From NCBI GenBank assembly GCA_951406725.2, contig OX597836.1, positions 24,614,001 to 24,678,000 on the forward strand: a DNA stretch of 64,000 nt, in the 5' to 3' direction. The notes under the pieces are model-generated. The model saw nothing but the letters and a program-made list of their open reading frames with translations. It made no database searches and was not told where the DNA came from. Source of the stretch: Octopus vulgaris (Eukaryota). Both the position numbers and the translations under genes were made by a program. Positions 13,140-25,574 of this stretch are shown piece by piece (positions within the stretch are counted from its first letter, which is position 1; every line of letters begins with the position of its first letter).

Positions 13140-13410
13140 CCACTATCACAACCACCACCACCATCACCACCACCACCACCACAACCACCACCACCACCAC
13201 CACCACCACCACCACCACCACCACCACCACCACCACCATCACAACCACCACCACCACCACAACCACAACCACCACCACCACAACCACCACCACCACCACC
13301 ACCACCACCACCACCACCACAACCACCACCACCACAACCACAACCACCACCACCACCACCACCTCCACCACCATCACCACCACCACCACCACCACCACCA
13401 CCACCACCAT
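13140..13410. repeat. (CCA)n trinucleotide tract followed by CAG/TAG/TTA tracts to ~13950
   Basis: Directly visible. Confidence 0.95.
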
Positions 13411-13498
13411 CATTATCATCTTCGTCGTTGTCGTCATCATCAGCACCATCAGCATCATCTTCAGCAACAACAACGACAACAGTAGCAGCAGTAGCAGC

Positions 13499-13532
<34 letters not shown>

Positions 13533-13784
13533 GCGACTTCTTTTACTTCGTCATCATCTTATTTATCTCTTTAATCTCTCTGATCTTCATTATCATCATC
13601 ATCACCACCGCCGTGGCCGCCACCAGCACCGCCACCACCAACCGCCACCAACCATCATCACCACCACCATCATCACTATCATCATCATTCATTATTTTCA
13701 ATATACTACTACTACTACTACAACTACTACTATTAATGCAGTAGTTATTACTGTTGCGATTGTAAATATTGTTGCAGCATTAGC

Positions 13785-13859
<75 letters not shown>

Positions 13860-13902
13860 GGTGGTAGTAGTAGTTGCTGTTGTTGGTATTGTTGCTATCA
13901 TG

Positions 13903-13950
<48 letters not shown>

Positions 13951-13958
13951 GTTATAAA

Positions 13959-14175
13959 AGTGGCGTGCTGGCAGAATCGTTAGCACGCCGGGTGAAATGT
14001 TAAGTGGCATTTCGTCTGTCGCCTACGCTTTGAGTTCAAATACCGCTGAGGTCGACTTTGCCTTTCATCCTATCGGGGTCGATAAATTAAGTACCAGTTA
14101 AGTACTGGGGTCGATGTAATTGGCTTAACCCTCCCCCACAAAAAAATTCAGGTCTTGAGCCTCTAGTAGACAGTA
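13959..14175 (+). mobile_element. SINE family A (alternative tail)
   Basis: Same head and core; the tail is of the ...CCCTCCCCC...CAGGTCTTGAGCCT type. Confidence 0.8.
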
Positions 14176-14719
14176 TTATTATTATAATTATTATTCTAAG
14201 CACAACGCCCAACATATTTTATATATTTTGTACAAATTACCAAATTTCGCGACTAATATGGCGAATTCATTGTTTTTAATATGTTCAAGAATATTCTAGA
14301 ATGTTCATCGGTCAGTATTTGGGTTACCGCGGCAAGCGGTGAGTCTGGTTCTGCCGTACCACGTAAATCAAACTCTTAATATCTCTCACCAAACAATTTC
14401 ACAGAATTATAAATATTTTCTATTGAAACAACGCCTGTCAAGACGCCAGTTTTTCAATGGAAACAATAAACGCCATCAATGGTGCTTGCTTCATATATAT
14501 TAACATCAGAACTTTTCTATGTTAACAATGTCTATCATCAAAATAACAGCAGTGAAGAGGAAAATTAAATGACAACGCTTGACCTCACAAATAAACAAAT
14601 TAAGAGTCGCTTACATAACAAATTTGTAACCCTGTGCCAGTTCTGCTGAGTTTTATTCGTGAAGAACCATCAACCATCGGAGTAGGACACCATTAGAATA
14701 CTCTAGATTTTTTATTATT

Positions 14720-14925
14720 TTATTCTTTTACTTGTTTCAGTCATTTGACTGCGGCCATGCTGGAGCACCGCCTTTAGTCGAACAAATCGACCACAGGACT
14801 TTTTCTTTGTAAACCTAGTACTTATTCTGTCGGGGTTTTTTGGCCGAACCACTAGGTTATGGGGACGTAAACACACCAGCAACGGTTGTCAAGCGATGAT
14901 AGGAGGGACAGACACAGACACACAA

Positions 14926-14996
<71 letters not shown>

Positions 14997-15150
14997 CGAC
15001 GGGATTCGTTCAGTTTCCGTCTACCAAATGCACTCACAAGGCTTTGGTTGGCCCGAGGCTATAATAGAAAACACTTGCCCAAGGTACCACGCAATGAGAC
15101 TGAACCCAGAACTATGTGGTTGGTAAGCAATCTACTTACCACACAGGCAT
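14720..15150 (-). mobile_element. SINE family B (bipartite, internal TA/TG microsatellite)
   Basis: Reverse complement of 24439-24855. Confidence 0.85.
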
Positions 15151-15260
15151 TCCTGCTTACAGTACAATATTTTAGAAATAATCTATTAAAGGCGCAAGCG
15201 TAACTCTGTGGTAAGAACTTTTACTTCCCAACCACATGGTCCCGGGTTTACATCACAAAG

Positions 15261-15343
15261 CTGTTACCCAGAGTTTCACGTTTCCATTCATCAGACAGAT
15301 CGCAACTGTCTGACGAACGGAAACATAAAAATCCGAGTAACAG
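15261..15343. ncRNA. Head-to-head pair of minimal hammerhead motifs (intact on - strand 15261-15298; degenerate on + strand 15306-15343)
   Basis: Minus: CTGT-CTGATGA-ATG-GAAA-CGT-GAAA-CTCTGGG-TA-ACAG. Plus: CTGT-CTGACGA-ACG-GAAA-CAT-AAAA-ATCCGAG-TA-ACAG. Confidence 0.72.
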
Positions 15344-15776
15344 TTTTGTGTTGTTTTTGCAGCTTTAATAAAAAGCATATTACTCCGCCTTCGGTAATCG
15401 AGTACTATTATTTTCGCCTTATTTTACATTTATGTGCTTACTCGTGTGTGTATACATATATACATATACATACATACATACATACATACATTATGTATTT
15501 TTCGGTGGTAGCAATAGCGTGGCGGCGTATATATGTTCTGAAAGCACATATATAACTCTGAGTTCAAATGACACCTAGGTCGACTTTGCCTTTTATCGTT
15601 TCAGGGTCGTTTCAGAGTTTGCTTATCTGCCCATGACTCCGTGGTGTCTTACACCCAACACTTTGGGAGTGTATAAACTCCGTCACGCTTTTTGCAGCCA
15701 TGGAAAAATATATACAAAACATGTACATTATGTATGTGTAATTAGCAATATTTATTATACTAGAGCTGCTGTTAGT

Positions 15777-15827
<51 letters not shown>

Positions 15828-16326
15828 CGTGTGTGTGATTGTATGTGTCTGTGGGTGTGTGGGTGTTTGTGTACGTTTGTGTGTGTCTTTGTGTGTGTGC
15901 GCGTGTGAGTATGTGTGTTTGTGTGTGTGAGGGTGTGTATGTTCGTGTGTGTGTGTGTTTGTGTGTGTTTGTGTGCGTGCGTGTTTGTGTGTGTGTGTCG
16001 TGTGTGTGCGTGTGTGTGTGTGTGTGACCACCGCTTGAATACCGACGTCAGTGTGTTAGCGTCCCCGTAACTGAGCGTTTCAGCAAAAAGACCGGTAGAA
16101 TAAGTGCCAGGCTCAAAAAGGAAATCAGTAGGAGAATCGATTCGTTCCACTACAAATTCTTGACGGCAGTGCCCCAGTATGGCCGCGGTCTAATGCTTGA
16201 AACAAGTCAAAGAGAAACGAGAAAAGCTCTTTTAGGCTGTTCAGGAAGACGAGACCGAACGACTTCATGAAGTCAATATAACTGAAACCGGTAAGAGATA
16301 AAAGATATATATATATATATATATAT

Positions 16327-17262
16327 AATTAAACAATTTAGGAATGGCCTTAATAGGCCATTCGTCCACTAGAAAGAGCAGCCATAACTCAAACCGCTAA
16401 GTAGTAATTCAGAAATTAGGTGAACATTTAAAAACATTTAATCAATTTAGGGTAGCAAAAAATTCAATAGAAATTTATCGCTACCAGCGGTCTAGTGGGA
16501 AAGAGAAAATAGTCAAAGACTAAATATATAAAATTAAAATTAAAATTAAACAATTTAGGAATGGCCTTAATAGGCCATTCGTCCACTAGAAAGATAAATT
16601 AGGGTAAACGTTTTTAAATTTTCACCTAATTTCTGAATTACTACTTAGCGGTTTGAGTTATGGCTGCTCTTTCTAGTGGACGAATGGCCTATTAAGGCCA
16701 TTCCTAAATTGTTTAATTTTAATTTTAATTTTATATATTTAGTCTTTGACTATTTTCTCTTTCCCACTAGACCGCTGGTAGCGATAAATTTCTATTGAAT
16801 TTTTTGCTACCCTAAATTGATTAATTGATAATTTTCTGACTAATTCTGAGATTGAATCGGCAGTTTATATTTACTGCTGATAAGTTGGCGCGAAAACGAT
16901 GGCATTGATACAGACGCCTCGTGTATATCAGTCTCTCCCGGTTTCTTTACTGATGAAGTGTAACCCATGGTAGATTGACTTAATTTAATTTAATTAAGCT
17001 AGTTTACCATTAAAAACACCGAAACGATGCATCGTATAAAGATGAATTAGGGTAAACGTTTTTAAATTTGCACCTAATTTCTGAATTACTACTTAGCGGT
17101 TTGAGTTATGGCTGCTCTTTCTAGTGGACGAATGGCCTATTAAGGCCATTCCTAAATTGTTTAATTTTAATTTTATATATTTAGTCTTTGACTATTTTCT
17201 CTTTCCCACTAGACCGCTGGTAGCGATAAATTTCTATTGAATTTTTTGCTACCCTAAATTGA

Positions 17263-17266
<4 letters not shown>
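16327..17266 (+). mobile_element. Penelope-like / retrozyme-like non-coding element: 448-nt unit, partial tandem direct repeat and two inverted 5' fragments, inserted in (TA)n
   Basis: Direct repeat 16590-16824 matches 17038-17266. Segments 16327-16440 and 16438-16594 are reverse complements of parts of that repeat. A hammerhead lies at 16944-17042, and (TA)n flanks both sides. Confidence 0.85.
16944..17042 (+). ncRNA. Type I hammerhead ribozyme with extended stem II
   Basis: TCTTTA-CTGATGA-A-GTGT...ACAC-C-GAAA-CGATGCATCG-TA-TAAAGA. It has a 6-bp stem I, a perfect core and a palindromic stem III, with predicted GUA cleavage after 17036. Confidence 0.85.
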
Positions 17267-17335
<69 letters not shown>

Positions 17336-17383
17336 AAACAAGTCAAAATAGAAAATGCTAAAATAATTTTATAAAGAACATTT

Positions 17384-17421
17384 CAGTACCGGTTTCGGTC
17401 ATTTTGAGACCTTTTCAACTG
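17384..17421 (-). ncRNA. Minimal hammerhead ribozyme with compensatory U3-A8 core, in a ~210-bp insert (17332-17543) between (TA)n tracts
   Basis: Minus strand: CAG-TTGAAAA-GGTC-TCAAAAT-GACC-GAAA-CCGG-TA-CTG. Confidence 0.72.
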
Positions 17422-17539
17422 TAACGATTAAATAATTAAATTTAGAAAAATTAAAAGAAAAGTTTTTTTAAAGGAATATTTGTATAGTGTTCAAATATAA
17501 GTGGCATTCTGCCTTTCTCTGTCTCCCTTGTTTGCACAC

Positions 17540-17570
<31 letters not shown>

Positions 17571-17634
17571 CCGGAGTAAACACATAAATGTGAAACAAGG
17601 TGGAAAAAAGAGTACTCAAATACCAGTGGTAGAG

Positions 17635-17637
<3 letters not shown>
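17571..17637 (-). mobile_element. Terminal fragment of the same repeat family as 15250-15445, in (TA)n
   Basis: The reverse complement aligns by eye with 15380-15445 (TACTC...GAGTACT...CATTTATGTG.TTACTC). Confidence 0.7.
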
Positions 17638-17719
<82 letters not shown>

Positions 17720-18346
17720 TGTATGTATGTATGCATGCATGTATGTATGTATGTATGTATGTATGTATGTATGTATGTATGTATGTATGTATGCTTGTAT
17801 TCACACGCACACTTACAGGCCTCGCACACACACATACACGCACACGCACACAGACGCACACAGCTGACAACCTTGTAGATTGTAAGTTATATATGCTGAG
17901 AGATTAGGATTTCACAATGAACTTCCCCTTTTATTTGTTCTATTCATCCCTTTCACGCGTTTTCATAAAAAAAATGACTGACATTCGTTCAATGACAGAA
18001 ATATTTGGATTTCGACGTCAACTGCCACACCTCACCCTCTCGTTTGTAGCTCATAGGATCTCATCGATGAAAACGCCACCTGATACAAGGCTTAGAGGAG
18101 TCGAGATCTATCCCACACCTTCCTGTCTTCTAGGTTGGTGTTGTTATCATTAGTTGACCTACTGAATATAGCAACCAAACATTGCAACAGACTTTAAAAT
18201 GAATGAACAGAATTTTAAGACCTAGATTTTGGTTCCGAGAATGATCTTCACAATAAAGTGAGAATGACGAGGCGTGAATCAAAGTGCTCTTGTTAGTTGT
18301 ATCATAAATGAAGTGATCTGGGTTACAGTTTCCTCGTTTGTCGACT

Positions 18347-18432
<86 letters not shown>

Positions 18433-20226
18433 TATTAAATATATTTCTATTGAAACACACCTTACGGAGACTCTTGTCTAGATTTACTTGGTTACGGTTT
18501 ATGGGGCAGACATTCTGATCTTAAATTACTTCATTTTTTAATATTAAATCATCAGATATACGACTATTAAAATACTACGGGAAATCACTACACATGAAAC
18601 AATCTCGCAATAACAAGAATGATAATGATGATGATGATGATTTCAAATTTTGGCCCAAGCCAGAAAATTTCGGGGAACGGTAAGTTGGTTATATCACCCT
18701 AGTACTCCAGTGGTACTCATTTTATCGACCGCGAGAGAATGAAAGGCAAAGTCGGCCTCGGCAGGATTTGAACTCAGAACACGAAGACAGACGAAGTGCC
18801 GCTAAGTGTTTTTCCCGGCCTACTAACGATTCTGCCAGCTCGTCGCTTTAATAATAATAATAAGGATAATAATAATAACAACAACAACAACAACAACAAT
18901 AATAATAATAATAATAATAATAGTGTTCCAACAATTTCGAATATTTACAACCGAGGGACTCCAGTAAAATCACTTGCGGTCCTGGGTTCAACGAGGTGAT
19001 AGATTAAGTCTCCTATCGAAGAACAGGCACGGTCAGAGGGGATTCCACACAGTTTCCATCGAGTCAATTTCACGCAAAATATTCAGATGAACCCAAGCTA
19101 AGGTTGTAGATACTTCCCTTGTGTGCAACAGAAGACGCCTTTACTCACCACCGAAAATCCGGCAAGGTGACCACCACCCAGGAGAGAAAAATGATGTCTT
19201 CGGGTAGGGTTTGGCAAATAATACGATCCGAAGAACTATGAGCAAAATTTCTTGGTGGATTTTGGGATCCGTAGATAAGGAGGCAAAATATATAGATGGA
19301 TATTGGGATGAAATAGAGAAGGGGACACACTATTTTAATGTACATTGATAGATAAAATATCTTTGTGGATATTGGGAACAATTAGAGAAGAGGAAAAAAT
19401 ATTTTGTGCTTTGCTTAAGTTTGTTTTTATGTTTTGTGAAAATCCTGTCGTGATGAACTTTGCTTTTCATCGTTCCAAAATGGATAAACTGTCAGTTTCA
19501 AATTCTGTCAGAATATAATCAACCATATTCCACCCAACATTGGTTTCAAATTTTAGCACAAGGCCAGCAATTTTGGAGGAGGAGATAAGTCGATTCCATT
19601 GATCCCACTGCTCAACTGGTCCTTACTTTATCGACCCCTGAAAAGATGAAAGGCAAAGTCGTCTTCGGCGGAATTTGAACTCAGAACGTAAAGCATTTGG
19701 CTAAGCATTTGGCCCGGTGTGCCACCCGTTCTGCCAGCTGGCCAACTTATATTCCATCCCATATAAAAAGCGGAGGACTTGACAGAATTGTTAGCATGCC
19801 GGGAAAAATGCTTAACAACATTCCGTTCGTCTTTACGTTCTGAGTTCAAATTCGGTCATGGTCGACTTTGTCTTTCATCCTATTGAAGTTGATAAAATAA
19901 ATATCAGTTGAGTGCTGGGGTCGAGTTAATCGACTGTCGCCCCTTTTCCGAAACTGCTGCCAAATTTTGAAACCAGTACCAGGAATTATCCATCTGTATT
20001 AGAAATCCTGATTAACACAGATCATTAATTTCTTAAGTGGGATGTGAGCTCCTTCGAAATGTTACATTGCTGTTCATGACATATTTGTAATAGCTATATA
20101 CATGAGCCACTGCTGGGAGAGAACCCACGTACCTTAGTTTTGCACAGTGTTGTATTTCTCTTATCTAATCAGTTGTTCAGGATTTTCAATTCGGGGTGTT
20201 TTCAGTGAAAAATACACAAACATAAA

Positions 20227-20266
<40 letters not shown>

Positions 20267-20432
20267 CTACACACGCAGAGAGAAAGAGAGAGAGAGGGAG
20301 GGAGATGGGGGAGAGAGAAGTGACCCGTAAAATATTAATTCTTCGTCAGATATTTGAGTAGTTGTGACATTCGTGCCTTTCCCCACGTGAATTAGCCTCG
20401 ATGATGCAGCTTCCGATGAAATCCATCACTGC

Positions 20433-20468
<36 letters not shown>

Positions 20469-20675
20469 AACTACAATGCTGGAATCGAGCCTAAATTGTT
20501 TTCTGAGTTTCGAAAGAATTTAATGCGTTCCACGACGACATCAGACGAGAGACGAGATAGCCATCTTTTGTTGTCGGAAGAAAGTCCAAAGAAAATAAAG
20601 AGAAAGTTTAAAGACAACAATTTCTTTTTTTTTTTTTACTGATTGCACACCGATTTGATGAGAACATACAACAAC

Positions 20676-20766
<91 letters not shown>

Positions 20767-22021
20767 TCTCTCTTTGTCTCGGTTGCTCTTCTCTCCCGCC
20801 CATCACACCCTCTCTCTATTTTGGCAGTAGGCAATAATGTAAAAATGCTGATTTATCAGTTTCACTCCCACTCGCACACATTCCAACAACAACAACAGCA
20901 ACAATAACAAACACGAAATAAAGGTTTGTTTGGTGTGTTTGTGTTTGTAGTAATTATTACTCTGCATGCAGTGGCGACGGTGGTGCTGACTGCGGTGATG
21001 GCGGTGACGCCGGTGGGGGGAATGTCGGACTAAATACTTTGCTGTGTTCACTTACGTCACTTTCATAAATACCGAGTTCAAATCCTCCCGGAAGAAGTCA
21101 ATTTTGCCTTTTACCTTTCCGTATATCGTTTGAATTAGGTCCTTGCGAAGTGCTGAGGTCGATTAAGTACTTGCGAAGTACTGGATTTAATTAAGGACGT
21201 TCGAAATACTGGGGGTCGATTAAGTAGACGATGTCTCCCGACAAAATTATTGACCTTGTAACATTTTAAAAATGTTTTTATTGGATAAAAGCGGAACGGA
21301 AGTACTCGTGACCTTTAACACGGCCTCCATAAAATGGTGGAGTGGAGGGTAATAATCTTCAGACCGGAGACCTGGTCTTAATGTTTGCAGCGGGGTGTAG
21401 TACACCCAGGGACCAGGTGTTGTTGTTAAGCACAGCAACGTATTAAGTCTACCACCCAAAACCAAAAAAACTACCCCCTCTCCAACGTACATACCCGATG
21501 GGCATCCGTACATTTCCATACTTAAGTCTGTGGTTGTGGGTAACTTAGCAAGGGTGACACGAAGTGGGACTGAACCAGGGACTTACTAGTTGCGAACTTT
21601 CTGATCGTTACAAAGCCATACCTGCACCTGTTGGATGGAAAGATCGGATGTTGACAAAGAAGTACCAGTCGCATACTGGGAGTCGTTTAAGTCGACAATA
21701 ATTCTCCACACCTCACCTCAGTCATCTTCCGATCTTTCTTTCTTCTCCCACTGTCGTTATCTTCAATATCCTGGTTGAAGTCACGTAACATTCGTCCGTC
21801 TCTTGTTATCACTTATATTACTGTTGTTATTATCACCAGACATCAAGTCAAAAAACAACAAATTATTATCTGAACGTTTGCTTAATTTCATAACTGAAAT
21901 TATTTCATGATGAATATAGTGATAACGGTTGGTTGTGTGTGTGCAGTTTCATGGTATTTCGGCGAACATATTGCTTTTTTTATAGCCTGGTGTATGTGTA
22001 TTAATATTGTGTGCGCACACA

Positions 22022-22058
<37 letters not shown>

Positions 22059-22278
22059 GTAGATAAAGGTAGATAGAAAGGTAGATAGGTATATGTGTGT
22101 GTATGGATGTCTGCGAGTGTAGACACGGATATTAATGTATCTGTATCTACTTGTATACTTGTAAAACAACGGGTCCATATTTTGGTAACGTATATATATA
22201 TATATATATTTCTTTTTTTAGAGCTGCGGCCATGCTGATGCACCGCCATATATATATATATATATATACGCATACATG

Positions 22279-22342
<64 letters not shown>

Positions 22343-23357
22343 TGTGTGTGTGTGTGTGTATTGTTTTCTTCCGGATCACCATTTATCTAATGTAGTCTCA
22401 TCTGAAATAGCACAGCAATCTTGTTTTAGGTGCTGGGCATATTAAGTTTTCTCTCTGAACACTATCTCCAGGCCCATGAGTACCTTCATGGGTATTCGCT
22501 TTGTCGCAAGTATTCGAACTAAACACCCATCCGAGGATTATCTTTCAATCATAACACATTGACACCCTCTACCCAGATGCCTACTCCTAAAACTAAAGGC
22601 ACTGGACAATTATCCCCGCCTCTCACCTTCTCTAACATCAAAAGACTCCAATCGAACTTCTAATTTCCCCCCTCAAATCCCCCTCCGACTTTTCAAGGAA
22701 GTCCTCGGACTTCTCCAAGAAGTGCTTCCTCCACTTCTTCCATTTCCTCCCCGTCAACTCACACTCCTTGGACATTTCCAGGAAGTCCATCCCCGTCAGA
22801 CTTTTTCCAGGAAGTCCTTCATCCCCTCCCACCCCTTGTACCCCTCTGAGAACAAACTTTGCACAAAATTTGCGCCATGTTCAGATCTTCATGCATAATT
22901 CTGCCGCACCATTTCCAAATTGTGTCTTTATGGACTCATGACAGTTTTCATGCAAAGAATTACGAATCTTCTCCCATACCTCTCATCGTCTCTCATCTCC
23001 CCCTGCCGTCCTCCAATTTCTTGTGCCAGCGATAAACAGACGCTCGGCTCTTACAAGTTCATTCATAAGTTTGCATAGCATTTTTCTGCCCAGTTTAACT
23101 CAAAACTTTATTGCATACCGAGCATCCAAATTCTCTTCACGTGCCGAGTGCGTTCTCTAAACTAGTCAGCGGTGACAAGTTGGGTGTCTTCAAGGTTGCT
23201 GGTACAGCCGTCTCATTCAATCTGGAATAAAAAAAATAAGCTGGCAAGTCAGCTTATTCGATGTATTGTAATGATATACAAAATTGTAATAGTCTACGAA
23301 AGTTATAACTGCTTCTCCTAAAACAAAGTTTCGAAACTTCTGGGATGCATCTCGTAT

Positions 23358-23388
<31 letters not shown>

Positions 23389-23631
23389 TTGTGTGTGTGT
23401 GTGTGTGTGCATCTCTCTGTCTATCTATCTATATATATATACATATATATACATATATATATATACAAAATCAGAAAATGGAGAAACATACCTAAATCAA
23501 TCATCAACCATCAGATAATACCCAATCAATACTTTATTAAACCATTACACAACAGCAATGACATTATACATAATATATTACAAATATAACTAGACATAGA
23601 AATAGAAATAGAAAATACAATTACATCGTAG

Positions 23632-23740
23632 CTGACAGCTGTTTCGGCCGTGAAGATAGGTATGTCCTATTTAACCTATTAGCCATATAAAGCAGGTATA
23701 CATGAGACATTAACAAGAATGTCTCACGGCCTCTTCAGAG
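23632..23740 (-). ncRNA. Hammerhead motif with large branched stem II, in a ~285-bp insert (23465-23750) between (TA)n tracts
   Basis: Minus: CT-CTGAAGA-GGCCGTGA-(70 nt)-TCACGGCC-GAAA-CAGCTG-TC-AG. Stem II is 8 bp, stem III is palindromic and the triplet is GUC; stem I is only 2 bp. Confidence 0.68.
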
Positions 23741-23756
23741 AATTTAATATATACAA

Positions 23757-23803
<47 letters not shown>

Positions 23804-23804
23804 T

Positions 23805-23881
<77 letters not shown>

Positions 23882-23993
23882 TGTATGTATGAATGTACAG
23901 ATTATTAACTGAAGTTTATTTCACAATATAGCTCGGAATACTAACTTAATACTGTAATCTTCAAATAATGATATACGTACACATAATTTATTA

Positions 23994-24094
<101 letters not shown>

Positions 24095-24438
24095 GAGAAT
24101 AATTATAAAAAATCGAGGTCGTAGACGAAGTCAATTCAGTCTGAAAGCTGTAGAAATGAATGTATGGTAATGTTGCTGTTGTTGTTGTGAGTTTGTGAGG
24201 CGGTGGGGATTAATAAACCGCTTAATCTGGAATTTAATAATTTCAAGAATAGCCAGCAGGAAAGTCGCTATAAGTAAGACGGTCTCATTATTGTAATTAC
24301 TTTCTTATGACTTGGCAGAACGGCATTCGAGATTTGGAGGAAATTGGAAGGATTGACTAGACACAAATACAAAAATTGTTGTTGCTGTTATTATTTCTTG
24401 TATTTTTGTGTTAAAAATAATAACAATTGGTTAACAAT

Positions 24439-24855
24439 AGGCGCAGGAGTGGCTGCGTGGTAAGTAGCTTGCTAACCAGCCACATGGTTCCGGGTTCAGT
24501 CCCACTGCGTGGCATCTTGGGCAAGTGTCTTCTGCTATAGCCCCGGGCCGACCAATGCCTTGTGAGTGAATTTGGTAGACGGAAACTGAAAGAAGCCTGT
24601 CGTATATATGTATATATATATGTATATGTATGTGTGTGTGTTTGTGTGTCTGTGTTTGTTCCCGTAGCATTGCTTGACAACCGATGCTGGTGTGTTTACG
24701 TCCCCGTCACTTAGCGGTTCGGCAAAAAGAGACCGATAGAATAAGTACTGGGCTTACAAAAAGAATAAGTCCCGGGGTCGAGTTGCTCGACTAAATGCGG
24801 TGCTCCAGCATGGCCGCAGTCAAATGACTGAAACAAGTAAAAGAGTAAAAGAGTA
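24439..24855 (+). mobile_element. SINE family B, full length (tRNA head, CORE-like segment, internal microsatellite, 3' half ending GAAACAAGTAAAAGAG)
   Basis: Head GGCGCAGGAGTGGCTG.GTGGTAAG...GGGTTCAGTCCC and CORE-like CTTGGGCAAGTG. Many dispersed copies occur in the window. Confidence 0.88.
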
Positions 24856-24880
24856 ATTGGTATTTTATTATTATTATTAT

Positions 24881-25383
24881 TGAGTGAGAGAGCAGTTCAT
24901 GCCATCAAAGTGACACTGGAGTAAAATATACGAAGCCCAATATACCCATCATGACTACCCGTCTGATAAAGGTACACCAGGCACATGCATCACAACCATA
25001 TGTGCGCGACATGGTGATCTCATATCAAGATAAACAGCACATGACCTTGCAGGTGGGACCCAGTTAGAATTTTCTTCAGGTTGAGTAGCCCATCCCGCTC
25101 AAACGGTCCCTGAATAAGGGTTGTTTAAGGATGTTGAAAGAACCACCCATGTTTCCAGAGGTGAACTATTCAAACCCCAAAGAATCCCTCTCAACACATG
25201 GCTATGATGCTCCCCCACTACTTCTGCTCTTGATCAGAGATGCACATATCGTCAGCCACTAAGGGACATGCTCAACTGGTTAAGGTCAAACAACTGACAA
25301 GCAAATCTGTGGTATTGAGCAGAATATTTGCTGTAGCCCATCTTTTATACCGAGACAAAACAATGTACATGATAACACTTCCA
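24881..25383 (+). mobile_element. Unclassified non-coding interspersed repeat starting in (TTA)n
   Basis: Shares ~150 bp with 6179-6375 in opposite orientation; no credible ORF. Confidence 0.72.
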
Positions 25384-25518
25384 CCTCCTCCCATGAAATT
25401 GCTGGCCTTGTGCCAAGATTTGAAACCAATATTTACACACTGTTATTTATAGCTTTATCTACTTCGAGCTCAGCCGTTAAAATGAATTATTTGATATACA
25501 TACATGCATATGTATGCT

Positions 25519-25574
<56 letters not shown>

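Noticed and set aside
16283-16305. GAAACCGGTAAGAG resembling a hammerhead 3' half
   Set aside because: It is better explained as a variant of the SINE B tail ACTGAAACAAGTAAAAG, and there is no upstream core.
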